Source of the DNA: Clostridium aciditolerans
Lineage (GTDB): Bacteria > Bacillota > Clostridia > Clostridiales > Clostridiaceae
DNA length: 32,000 nucleotides
Reading direction: 5' to 3'
NCBI RefSeq assembly: GCF_016316925.1
Contig: NZ_JAEEGB010000035.1
Coordinates: 167,063 to 199,062, forward strand
The notes under the pieces are model-generated. The model saw nothing but the letters and a program-made list of their open reading frames with translations. It had not been told where the DNA came from and did not search any database. Below, one piece after another: positions 9,986 through 18,865 of the stretch. The position numbers and the translations under genes are program-made. How positions within the stretch are numbered: position 1 is the stretch's first letter; the number at the start of each line of letters is the position of its first letter.

Positions 9986-10726
9986 GTGAGTAATATTACA
10001 TTTCTAATAGCGAATGCTTATAAAAATTTTGAAAATCATACTAGTGATTTTAATAATAGGACAAACAATGCGAATTCAAATAAGAAGAAACAAGTTACTA
10101 TAGATGGAATAAAGGATTTATTAAAAAGAAATAAAATACTTGTGTTATTATTAACAGTGTTTATCATAAGTATTTTAACTTTTGGATTATCACTTGTTTT
10201 AAGATGGAATGACATTGTAATTGGTGGGTCTATTATTATTTATGGTATATGTATGCTTGCTATAATACCAATTGTAGATAAAAGCGATATAAAGAATTAT
10301 TACAAATATAAAGATGACTACTATAATAAAATAAAGAAATTTAAAGAAGAAAAGTTAGAAAAGGAATTCTTAATAACTAGTAAATCTAAATTAGAGCAGT
10401 TAATAAAAGAATGTGATGTTACGAGTAATGAATTAAAGGAAAGTAGTAAGATAATAAAAAATAGTTCAGAGTTATGGAAAAATATTATATTACCAATAGT
10501 TACATTCGGCATAGGCACAGTTATTAAACTTGATTCCATATCTAAACTTATAACTTGGAAAATAGTTGCACAAGGTATTGTATTAGCAATCTTATTTTTA
10601 TTTATGTGTATAGGTGCTTATATGATTATAAAACCAATATTAGACATTATATTTAATGATTATAGCAATAGAGTAGAAAAACTCAAAAGTGTTTTAAATG
10701 ATATTTACTTAATATACTATATTTAA
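9986..10726 (+). CDS. Hypothetical membrane protein (2 TM - coiled coil - 2 TM)
   Basis: GTG start preceded by GGAGGGG. Hydrophobic stretches ILVLLLTVFIISILTFGLSLVL, IIIYGICMLAIIPIV, IILPIVTFGIGTVI and IVLAILFLFMCIGAYMII flank a charged helical middle. Confidence 0.6.
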   Translation: MSNITFLIANAYKNFENHTSDFNNRTNNANSNKKKQVTIDGIKDLLKRNKILVLLLTVFIISILTFGLSLVLRWNDIVIGGSIIIYGICMLAIIPIVDKSDIKNYYKYKDDYYNKIKKFKEEKLEKEFLITSKSKLEQLIKECDVTSNELKESSKIIKNSSELWKNIILPIVTFGIGTVIKLDSISKLITWKIVAQGIVLAILFLFMCIGAYMIIKPILDIIFNDYSNRVEKLKSVLNDIYLIYYI

Positions 10727-11087
10727 TTTAAAAAGAAATATATGATAAATGTATGTAAACAACATAGAATATTTATAGGAACCTATGAGTTTATAATTAT
10801 ATATGTAAAAAAAACATAATTAATTTGAATTAGCACTATTAGCAAATTTGATACGTTCATTTTTATCAGGTGAAGTTTGGAAGCATGCCCTTGCTAAGGG
10901 ATCAGGCACAAGCTCAGACAGCAAGAATGTCCTCGCTAGGATGTTAAACATCTCTCGAAATTTGTAAATATTTAGTGTAGCTCGATCAGTAAATGTTAAT
11001 TATTATCTTAGTAGTGATAATAGAAAATGATTGCAATTTGTATTTTATGGATTAAGTAAGGATAACAATTTTAAAAATGAATTGGAG

Positions 11088-11147
11088 ATAAGGTTTAAAC
11101 TCTATCCATTAGATTTTTAGAGTTTAAACCTTATTTCTATTTTTTTA
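11088..11147 (+). terminator. Strong hairpin plus T-run (intrinsic terminator, possibly bidirectional)
   Basis: 16-bp perfect stem ATAAGGTTTAAACTCT (11088-11103) / AGAGTTTAAACCTTAT (11119-11134), followed by TTCTATTTTTTT. Confidence 0.6.
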
Positions 11148-11369
11148 CTGTAAAAAATAATTTATGTGTCATAAAATGGTAGTATCATTTGAAATTTTAT
11201 GTCAAATAAGTTATTAATATGAATAACATAAATATATTTTGCAAATAGTTTAAATTATGTAAGGTAGATCAGATGAATGGGTAGGGATTAACTCTTTCAG
11301 GTAAAAACATTGAAAGTAGTATTGTGAATAAAAAAACATATAGAACGACAAAAATGAGAGGTAGTAATT

Positions 11370-13492
11370 TTGAATATTGAAAAGAACCTTATTCTTATAA
11401 AGAATGAAGATAAAACAGAAGAGGTTACATATTGTAAAAGGTCTAATCAAAAGTGTGACATTACTTTTAAAAATAATAAAACTTATACATATAGCAATTA
11501 CAATGTTGTGTGGAGTACCAATTTTATAGAAATTGATACACAAACAGTTATTGCCTACGAAAATAAAATTCCAATATCAGGTATAATTAAGATTATTAAA
11601 TTCCAAGAGCATAATTATATTAGATTAATATTTAAAACTGGATATCATAAGTTATATCATGTATCAGAGATAACTATAGAAAAGAATGCTTTAGAAAATT
11701 CAGCCTCTAAGAATTGCTTTACATATTTAAAGGAGCTTGCAAGTAATATTGATTTTGAAAATGATAATGATTTTATTAGTAAACAGTTTGAAGCTATGAC
11801 TGCCATTAGTCCAACCAGTGTTTTAGCTAACTATTTGAATCCAAAAACAATAAGACATTTAAAAAATAATAAACAAATAATATTTCCTTTTGGATTTAAT
11901 ATAAGTCAAAAAGAAGCTGCAGAAAAAGCTTTGAATAATCAAATTAGCATTATTGAAGGGCCACCGGGAATTGGAAAAACTCAGACCATACTAAACATTA
12001 TTGCAAATGCTATTATAGATAATAAAACAGTAGCTGTTGTTTCAAATAATAATTCTGCTACTTTGAATGTTTTTGAAAAACTTAAGAAATATATACATTA
12101 TATAAAAGATTTAATAAAAGTAAAAACAGAACGATTTTTGATGAAAATGCATTGTGGAAAAAATTTAGTAATTTCATTAACGAATATCCTATAATACTTA
12201 GTACAACTCATTCTTTAAGAAAATGTGCAAGTAGGAATTATTTGTTTGACTATGTTATCATAGATGAATCTTCCCAGATTGATATAGTTACTGGGGCTTT
12301 GGCTTTTTCCTGTGCTAAAAATGTTGTTATTGTAGGAGATTTAAAACAGTTGCCTAATGTAGTTACTAAAGAAAATAAAGATATTAGTAATAGTATTTAT
12401 GATAGATATAAGTTAAATGAAGCCTATAAATATTCAGAGAATAGTCTGCTATCTTCAATAAGCATGCTATATAGTGAGGTACCTAAGACATTACTCAGGG
12501 AGCACTATAGATGTCATCCTAAAATAATAGATTTTTGCAATAAGAAATTTTATGATGATCAACTGATTATTTTAACGGATGAAAGTTCCTGTGATAAACC
12601 TTTAGAAGTGTATAAAACAGTAAAAGGTAATCATGAAAGAAACCACTATAATCAAAGACAAATAGATGTAATATTAAAAGAAATAATTCCAAAATTAAAA
12701 GAAAATAAATCTGTAGGAATAGCGTCACCTTATAGAAATCAGATAAAGGAATTAAAAGATGTTATTAGTAGTGAAGATATTGAAATTGATACAGTACATA
12801 AATATCAAGGAAGGGAAAAAGAAATAATGATCCTTTCAACGGTTTCAAATGAAGCAAATGATTTTATGGATAATGCTAATCTTCTAAATGTAGCCATATC
12901 AAGAGCGGAGAATAAATTAATTATCGTTGTTTCTGACAATGAAGAATTACTGAATAGCAGTAATATTGGAGATTTAATTAGATATATACAATATAACAAC
13001 CTGGAAATCATAAATAGTAGTATATATTCTATATTTGACTTGCTATATAGTTCATATTCAGAACAATTGCTGGAGTTTATTAAAAAGAATAAAAAAGTTT
13101 CTAAGTATAATTCTGAAAATTTAATGAATTCGTTAATAGAAAAAGTATTAGCTTGTGAAGAATTCAAGTCATTAGGTAAGGTTTTACACTACCAACTTAA
13201 TATGCTTATTCGTGATACTTCGAAATTAGATGAAAAAGAATTAAAATATGTAACAAATCCATTAACTCATGCTGATTTTTTTATATTTAGAAAGATAGAC
13301 AAAATGCCTGTTTTAGTGGTAGAGGTAGATGGATATGCCTTTCATTTGAATAATCCAGAGCAATTGGAACGGGATAAGATGAAAGATAGAATTTTAGCGA
13401 AATATAATATACCAATATTAAGATTACCTACTAATGGAAGTGAGGAAGAAAAGAAGCTTAAAGAGAAACTAATTGAGGTATTGAATATTTAA
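11370..13492 (+). pseudogene. Disrupted SF1 (Upf1/DNA2-like) helicase with a C-terminal DUF2726/Vsr-like nuclease domain
   Basis: ORF 11370..12194 carries Walker A GPPGIGKTQT. ORF 12152..13492, in a different frame that is open from 12086, carries motif II VIIDESSQ, REHYRCHP, VHKYQGREKE and the C-terminal VVEVDGYAFH...RDKMKDRIL nuclease-like module. The frame switch lies at about 12086-12110. The I-to-II spacing looks short, so an internal deletion is likely. Confidence 0.7.
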
Positions 13493-13511
13493 CTACAGTA
13501 ATTCCCATATC

Positions 13512-13554
13512 AGTCCCTTCAGTACAAATATAATCTGAAGGGACTTTTATTTTC
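13512..13554 (+). terminator. Intrinsic terminator after the helicase gene
   Basis: Stem AGTCCCTTCAG (13512-13522) / CTGAAGGGACT (13535-13545), followed by TTTTATTTT. Confidence 0.7.
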
Positions 13555-13808
13555 ATTTAGCTATATATAAAAGTTTCTTCACATTAAAAATAATCGATTA
13601 GGAAAGTAAAAAGATATGAACCTTTTTCAGATATTAGGAAAAAGTATTTTAGAGATTCCAGATGAAATAATATGAGATAAACTGAATTGGCAGATAAAAT
13701 AGAAGTATTAAAACAGGTTGTAAATAAAATAGTTAAGGATCAAAAGGCCATATGAACTAGTATTGTTTAGCTACCTAAGTAAAAATATTGTAATGATTTG
13801 TAATATTT

Positions 13809-15002
13809 ATGAATAGTATTATATTGATATCAATAATATTAGAGATGATAAAAATAAATAATAATTTAATTTCTATGGAGCCATATAAAGATATTTTCAT
13901 TAACATACTGACAAGGGATATCGATTTTAAAGATGCAATTTTAGATTTAGTAGACAACTCAATTGATGCTGCTAAGAAAACTAAAAAAACAAACGATTTA
14001 ACAAACTTTGAAATTAAAATAACAATTGATAAAAGCAAATTTGTAATAAATGATAACTGTGGAGGCATTAGTATAGATACTGCTACAAAGTCTGCATTTA
14101 GATTTGGCAATGATAAGACAAGCAGTCATGATGATCAATCAGTAGGAAGATTCGGCATTGGTATGAAAAGAGCTATTTTTAAAATAGGAAATATGATAAC
14201 AGTTGAGGCAGCAACAGAAAAGGAATATTTTAAGGTAATAATTGATGTGCTTGATTGGCAAAAACAGAAAGATTGGGATATTAAGTTCAAGCAGGTAATA
14301 GAGAATAAAAATAAAATGGTTGGGACAACCATTAAAGTAACCAATCTTAAAGAAGATACAACAAGGAAATTTACCCAAGGTACTTTTATAGTAGCTCTTG
14401 AAGAATCAATAAGAGAAAAGCATAGTGATGCCTTAGAGAATGGTATAAGAATTACATTAAATAACTTTGTTATCGATCCATTACCTAAAGAAAAACAGGT
14501 AAAAGTTACTGAACTAAAAATAAAGGAGAAGGGATTTACAGGTTCCATTTCTGTATATAAAGCTGAATGTAATAAAAAACTAGCCGGATGGTATATAAAA
14601 TTTAATAATCGTGTAATTATAAAAGCTGATAAGTCACAGCTAACAGGTTGGGGACTTTCGAAGATAAGAGATAAAATGAAGACGGGGGAATTTGAAGAAA
14701 GGTTTTCTTCTTTTAGAGGATATGTAGACTTAAAGGATACTAAATTTAGAATGTTACCTTTTAATACAACAAAGAATTCAGTTAATACAGACTCCGAGGA
14801 GTATGAGAAAATACTAGATTATATGGTTGAAGCTATGAATAAATCTATGCAGCATTTTCGTGATTTAGGATTAAGATGCATTTCATATAAGAGACCTGTT
14901 GAGCAGGTGACAAAACTTATGAAGTTATTAGATTTTAAATATGCTAAGGACGTTGGGGAGTATACTTACGATCAATATATAAAACACAACAATATTAAAT
15001 AA
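13809..15002 (+). CDS. GHKL (Bergerat-fold, MORC/MutL-like HATPase_c_3-type) ATPase
   Basis: Motif I LDLVDNSIDA, motif II INDNCGGI (DxGxG) and G2 box GRFGIGMKRA. The true start is uncertain (ATG at 13809, 13845 or 13875; none has a strong RBS). Confidence 0.75.
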   Translation: MNSIILISIILEMIKINNNLISMEPYKDIFINILTRDIDFKDAILDLVDNSIDAAKKTKKTNDLTNFEIKITIDKSKFVINDNCGGISIDTATKSAFRFGNDKTSSHDDQSVGRFGIGMKRAIFKIGNMITVEAATEKEYFKVIIDVLDWQKQKDWDIKFKQVIENKNKMVGTTIKVTNLKEDTTRKFTQGTFIVALEESIREKHSDALENGIRITLNNFVIDPLPKEKQVKVTELKIKEKGFTGSISVYKAECNKKLAGWYIKFNNRVIIKADKSQLTGWGLSKIRDKMKTGEFEERFSSFRGYVDLKDTKFRMLPFNTTKNSVNTDSEEYEKILDYMVEAMNKSMQHFRDLGLRCISYKRPVEQVTKLMKLLDFKYAKDVGEYTYDQYIKHNNIK

Positions 15003-15124
15003 GAACAAATGTTTGTGCAATTACTGGTAAAGTAAACCATACTATATCTATAAGTATTGGAGGGATATAGTATGGTTTATTCGTTTGTTGAAAAGAACTC
15101 TATTATGAAACTTTAATAAAAGAA
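14612..15124. repeat. Direct repeat copy 1 (~513 bp): 3' end of the GHKL gene, the intergenic region and the first codons of an Rpn gene
   Basis: Aligns base-for-base with 21087-21597. I count ~20 substitutions in the first ~480 nt. Similarity decays after 15094/21569. Confidence 0.9.
15072..15116 (+). pseudogene. 14-codon stub of an Rpn-family gene (MVYSFVEKNSIMKL*)
   Basis: Same RBS (GGAGGGATATAGT-ATG) and first 8 codons as the intact gene at 21547, then a premature stop. Scattered residual similarity continues to about 15200. Confidence 0.55.
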
Positions 15125-15244
15125 AAAGTCAAAGCTAAGGAATAGATAAAATCTGTAAATGTGTGAGATATTATGATGTTAATTTACATTTTTTAATATT
15201 AAAGTTAATTTTATGGGAGGAAAATAATTTATTTTATCGAATTA

Positions 15245-15274
15245 TATACAAATAACTATAAATTATTTGGAGGT
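15245..15274 (+). repeat. Left copy of the inverted 26-nt leader/RBS repeat (candidate recombination core site)
   Basis: CAAATAACTATAAATTATTTGGAGGT at 15249-15274 ends 6 nt before the ATG at 15281. Internal palindrome CAAATAA-CTATAAA-TTATTTG. The outer arm is TATACAAATAA (15245-15255). Confidence 0.85.
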
Positions 15275-15280
15275 CACTGT

Positions 15281-17731
15281 ATGCTAACTTTAAAACAGCA
15301 TGGAATTTACTCAGAAATAGAAAAAATAATATCAGTTAATAGTAATACTGATTATATTTATTTTGAGGGCCCAACAGGAAGTGGAAAATCAAAAATAATC
15401 CTAGATTTTATTTCAAATGTTTTAAGCCAATTCGAGAATTGGTCTTTTTATTACATAGAAGGTAAAGACCCCTTTGTAGAATCATATGCCACCATTACAC
15501 TTTCGAATTCAGATAAGACTAAGTCAAATAAATATCAGTTATCAAATGTAAATTTTAATTTGGGGTTTAGTATACCTGCAATAATGAGTTTGGGTATTAC
15601 AACTAGTTTTAAAAAGAATAGCATATTTGACGATAAAACAAATTCTGTATTAGTTGAACTAAATAAGCATGAAAATGAGAACATTGTAATAGTAGCAGAT
15701 AGTTTTCAACTATGGGATTCTGCTTCTCAAGAATTATTAAATACTATTATTAATTATCCTAATGTAATAAAAGGCAAAAGAGTGATAATTTTAATTATAG
15801 CTGATGAAGATGATCCTATTATAGAAAAATGTGATTATATTAATAGGTTTAAGAAAAAAAGTCATAATATAAAAATCAAAATGCTTGACAGAGATGAATT
15901 GAAAGAAATTTCAAAGGTTTTAGGCTATACCATTGGTCTGAGTAATGAACTAAAAGATATTATTATGTCGATAACAGGTGGAAATATTAGTTTTATAAAA
16001 ATGTTTCTTGAAGAATATACAGATTCAAAATCAGATAATTTTATATTAAATTATAATAATATAGATATTATGAATTTATTAGATAACCGCATGGAGCAGT
16101 TTGGAGAAAAAAAAGCTGATTTCATGGAGGTTTTGGAAGTATCTTCAATTCCTAAAGGTGCATTTAATTCAACTGAAATACAATATCTTTATAATAAAGA
16201 TGTAGTTGATGTGGAGAATGTTTTAGACGAATCGCAAAAAGCATCTATTTTAAAAGGTGAAATAGAATTTATGTTTTCTAATTATTTAGTTAGAAACTTA
16301 TTTTATAAAAAACTAAACGGAAAAAGTAAAATATTTCATAAAAAGTATGCTGAGTATTTAAAGAAATACAAACCTGAAAATTATATCAGTAGAGCATATC
16401 ATTTGAAATTATCGAATTTAAACGATACTATTGAAATAATTAATTTACTATCAATAGCTTATTGTAGAAGTTTAGAAAACAATAACAATTTCTCTGAATC
16501 AAATTCAATTTTAATGCAAATTGAAAAATTGAAAGATGAATCGTCAAATGATAGAGAAGTAATGAATTTATATGATAATTTTATTAATTTAAAATCTGCA
16601 TACGAAAGTTATTACCAAGAAAAGTATGATGAAGCTAATGATGAATTATTAAAAATTCCAGCAATAGGCCCTTTTCTATTTACAGCAGAAGTAGCCAGAT
16701 TTCATCTTATTGTAAAATCATTACTAGATATGGATACTGAAAATATATATGAAGCAGCTAAGGTTTTAAATGAAAAAATGAATGATTTATATATAGATGA
16801 AAGAGATGAATGGTGTCGATGTGCATTGGTACTCTTTTCTACCTATGCTAATAAATTAAATGATTGTAATTCTAGTAAAGAAGTTTATACTCAATTAGGA
16901 AAATTAATATCTAAATCTTATAATAATAGCAGTCTTCAGTATTTGAAGAATATAATATATAGAAAAGCTTGCATCTTTCAAACACCAGTAGAAGCTGAGA
17001 GGAGTACTTCTGAAAGTATAAAGTACTTTTATGAAAATGGAGATATATATCAATATTATATGTCATGTTGTAATCACTCTGGAAATTTAATTATTTTAGG
17101 TAAGTATGATGAAGCAATATATTCTTTATATGCTTGTCTAAATTCAATTAGAAAATATAAATTTATTAAATTCCCGACACAGCAAAAAATATATAATAAT
17201 CTATATTTGGCCTATTTCTTACGAAATTATCATAGTGATACTATTTCAAAAGAATATATAATTAAAATGAAAAGGAAGTTTGAAAAATTAATAAATGACC
17301 AATATAACGAGAGCAATGCAATCATACATATAAATTTGATTAATATCTGCGCTATTCTAGGAGAATATAATGAATGTTTTATAAAACTCAATACTCTTGA
17401 AAATGATATATTGGATAATAATGATGATGAATTTTACAAATATTATTTGTATAATATAAAGTTTGCACTAAATTCATTAACCCAAAATTGGGACGAAGCA
17501 GCTAAGAATTTAAATGATTTAAATAACTCTTTTCCTAATTATTTTACAAAGATAAAACGAAAAATAAATAACCGTAACAAATCTCTCCAACTTTTACTGG
17601 ACGATAAAATAACTTTATCACCAAAAGAATTGGATAAATGGATATATAAAAATTCAAAAAAGGACGATTGCTCTTGCAACTTTTTCTGTAGGTTATTTCT
17701 TTTTTCAGATTTACAATTTACTTCATTATAA
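15281..17731 (+). CDS. P-loop NTPase with a long TPR-like helical repeat region (STAND/AAA_16-like architecture, no recognisable effector domain)
   Basis: Walker A FEGPTGSGKSKI near the N-terminus and Walker B-like NIVIVADSFQLWD. About 450 aa of helical repeats follow (e.g. AYESYYQEKYDEANDEL, GKYDEAIYSLYACL). Strong RBS GGAGG. Confidence 0.7.
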   Translation: MLTLKQHGIYSEIEKIISVNSNTDYIYFEGPTGSGKSKIILDFISNVLSQFENWSFYYIEGKDPFVESYATITLSNSDKTKSNKYQLSNVNFNLGFSIPAIMSLGITTSFKKNSIFDDKTNSVLVELNKHENENIVIVADSFQLWDSASQELLNTIINYPNVIKGKRVIILIIADEDDPIIEKCDYINRFKKKSHNIKIKMLDRDELKEISKVLGYTIGLSNELKDIIMSITGGNISFIKMFLEEYTDSKSDNFILNYNNIDIMNLLDNRMEQFGEKKADFMEVLEVSSIPKGAFNSTEIQYLYNKDVVDVENVLDESQKASILKGEIEFMFSNYLVRNLFYKKLNGKSKIFHKKYAEYLKKYKPENYISRAYHLKLSNLNDTIEIINLLSIAYCRSLENNNNFSESNSILMQIEKLKDESSNDREVMNLYDNFINLKSAYESYYQEKYDEANDELLKIPAIGPFLFTAEVARFHLIVKSLLDMDTENIYEAAKVLNEKMNDLYIDERDEWCRCALVLFSTYANKLNDCNSSKEVYTQLGKLISKSYNNSSLQYLKNIIYRKACIFQTPVEAERSTSESIKYFYENGDIYQYYMSCCNHSGNLIILGKYDEAIYSLYACLNSIRKYKFIKFPTQQKIYNNLYLAYFLRNYHSDTISKEYIIKMKRKFEKLINDQYNESNAIIHINLINICAILGEYNECFIKLNTLENDILDNNDDEFYKYYLYNIKFALNSLTQNWDEAAKNLNDLNNSFPNYFTKIKRKINNRNKSLQLLLDDKITLSPKELDKWIYKNSKKDDCSCNFFCRLFLFSDLQFTSL

Positions 17732-18814
17732 TGAATTCAATAGATTCTTATATCTTAAGTAAGTCATACCGATTATGGTTGAGTAAATTTCATTATACGG
17801 AATACATAAATTTTCAAATGCAAAAGCAAAAGAACTATGTTTTGTTGTGTATGGAGTTGAAGCAATATCAATTAAATAGGGGTTGCCAAAATTATCAATT
17901 CTAAAGTCAATTCTACCATAATTTTGTAATCCAATAATTTTACCTATTTTTGCTGATAATTCTTGAATAAATAAACATTGTTTTTTGTTTATTACCTCGG
18001 ATAAGTTATAAAAATTATAATCATCCTCAAATGAACGTTCATAAGTTAAAATTTCTGTGCTTAGATTAGGATTATTGTTAATTGATATACCTACAGGAGA
18101 CATAGTATGTACTTTATCAGAGATTATAAGTGGAACTTCGCATTCAAATCCAGATATAAATTCTTGTACAAACAGAGCTTCTTTTCTATTAATAAATATA
18201 TTTTCTAAAAAATCTAAAGAATTTTTATTGAAAGTATTAATTGAGTTATTGTCCATACCTATACTTGCGGATTCAGACATAGACTTTACAATAATTTGTG
18301 TTCCTATAGTAGGTTTAGAATCATTAAGCCATTTATTTTGGCCAATATATATCCAACTTTTAGGTATAGGTATACCATGCGCTTCTAAATATTTGGAATA
18401 TGTATATTTAGCTCTGCATAATGAAATTACAAATGCATTTGAGCCAGTATATGGTACTGTTATGAGGTCACAAAATGATGGAATGAGAGATTTTTTTCCT
18501 GGCTTTTTACCGTTTCTTGCTAAATTATAAACAATCTTGTTTTCAATGTTAAATTTTTTGTTTAATATATCAGACATAAAATTTATTTCATTAAAAAAAG
18601 CATGTACATAAAATTCTGAAGTCTGGATACCATCTAAAATTTCTGAATATTCTTCATCAGTAAAAAACTCATTTTCATCTGAATATTGTATTTCCATATT
18701 TTCAATAATCTTTGTTTTTGAACGAGAATTACTAATTAGAGCAATTTCAACTTCTTGATTAATGTTTGAAGTTGCTTTAAGTATTCTGTCAATAGTATTT
18801 TTTATTTCATTCAT
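17726..18814 (-). CDS. ATP-grasp enzyme of the D-alanine--D-alanine ligase family
   Basis: PYTGSNAFVISLCRAKYTYSKYLEAHGIPIP, IVKSMSESASIGM and GRIDFRIDNFGNPYLIDIASTPY match the Ddl-type ATP-grasp layout. I place the start at ATG 18814 (MNEIKN; GGAGG 6 nt upstream) rather than the track's 18859. The stop overlaps the convergent 816-aa gene by 6 nt. Confidence 0.75.
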   Translation of the reverse strand: MNEIKNTIDRILKATSNINQEVEIALISNSRSKTKIIENMEIQYSDENEFFTDEEYSEILDGIQTSEFYVHAFFNEINFMSDILNKKFNIENKIVYNLARNGKKPGKKSLIPSFCDLITVPYTGSNAFVISLCRAKYTYSKYLEAHGIPIPKSWIYIGQNKWLNDSKPTIGTQIIVKSMSESASIGMDNNSINTFNKNSLDFLENIFINRKEALFVQEFISGFECEVPLIISDKVHTMSPVGISINNNPNLSTEILTYERSFEDDYNFYNLSEVINKKQCLFIQELSAKIGKIIGLQNYGRIDFRIDNFGNPYLIDIASTPYTTKHSSFAFAFENLCIPYNEIYSTIIGMTYLRYKNLLNSL

Positions 18815-18820
18815 AATAAA

Positions 18821-18850
18821 ACCTCCAAATAATTTATAGTTATTTGGAGG
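18821..18850 (-). repeat. Right copy of the inverted 26-nt repeat, extended to an 11-7-11 palindrome
   Basis: 18821-18846 is the exact reverse complement of 15249-15274. The arms are CCTCCAAATAA (18822-18832) and TTATTTGGAGG (18840-18850), with spacer TTTATAG. It lies 15 nt from the recombinase stop codon (18866-18868). Confidence 0.85.
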
Positions 18851-18865
18851 TATTAGCATAAAAAA

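Noticed and set aside
12086-12194. Programmed ribosomal frameshift joining the two helicase ORFs
   Set aside because: I saw no slippery heptamer or downstream structure. The shortened spacing between helicase motifs I and II suggests deletion and decay instead. Sequencing error remains possible.
15249-18846. The 26-bp inverted repeats as terminal inverted repeats of a transposon/IS
   Set aside because: There is no transposase between them and no flanking target-site duplication. The repeats face inward so that they provide the RBS for both internal genes. An inversion site or shared leader fits better. This alternative is not formally excluded.
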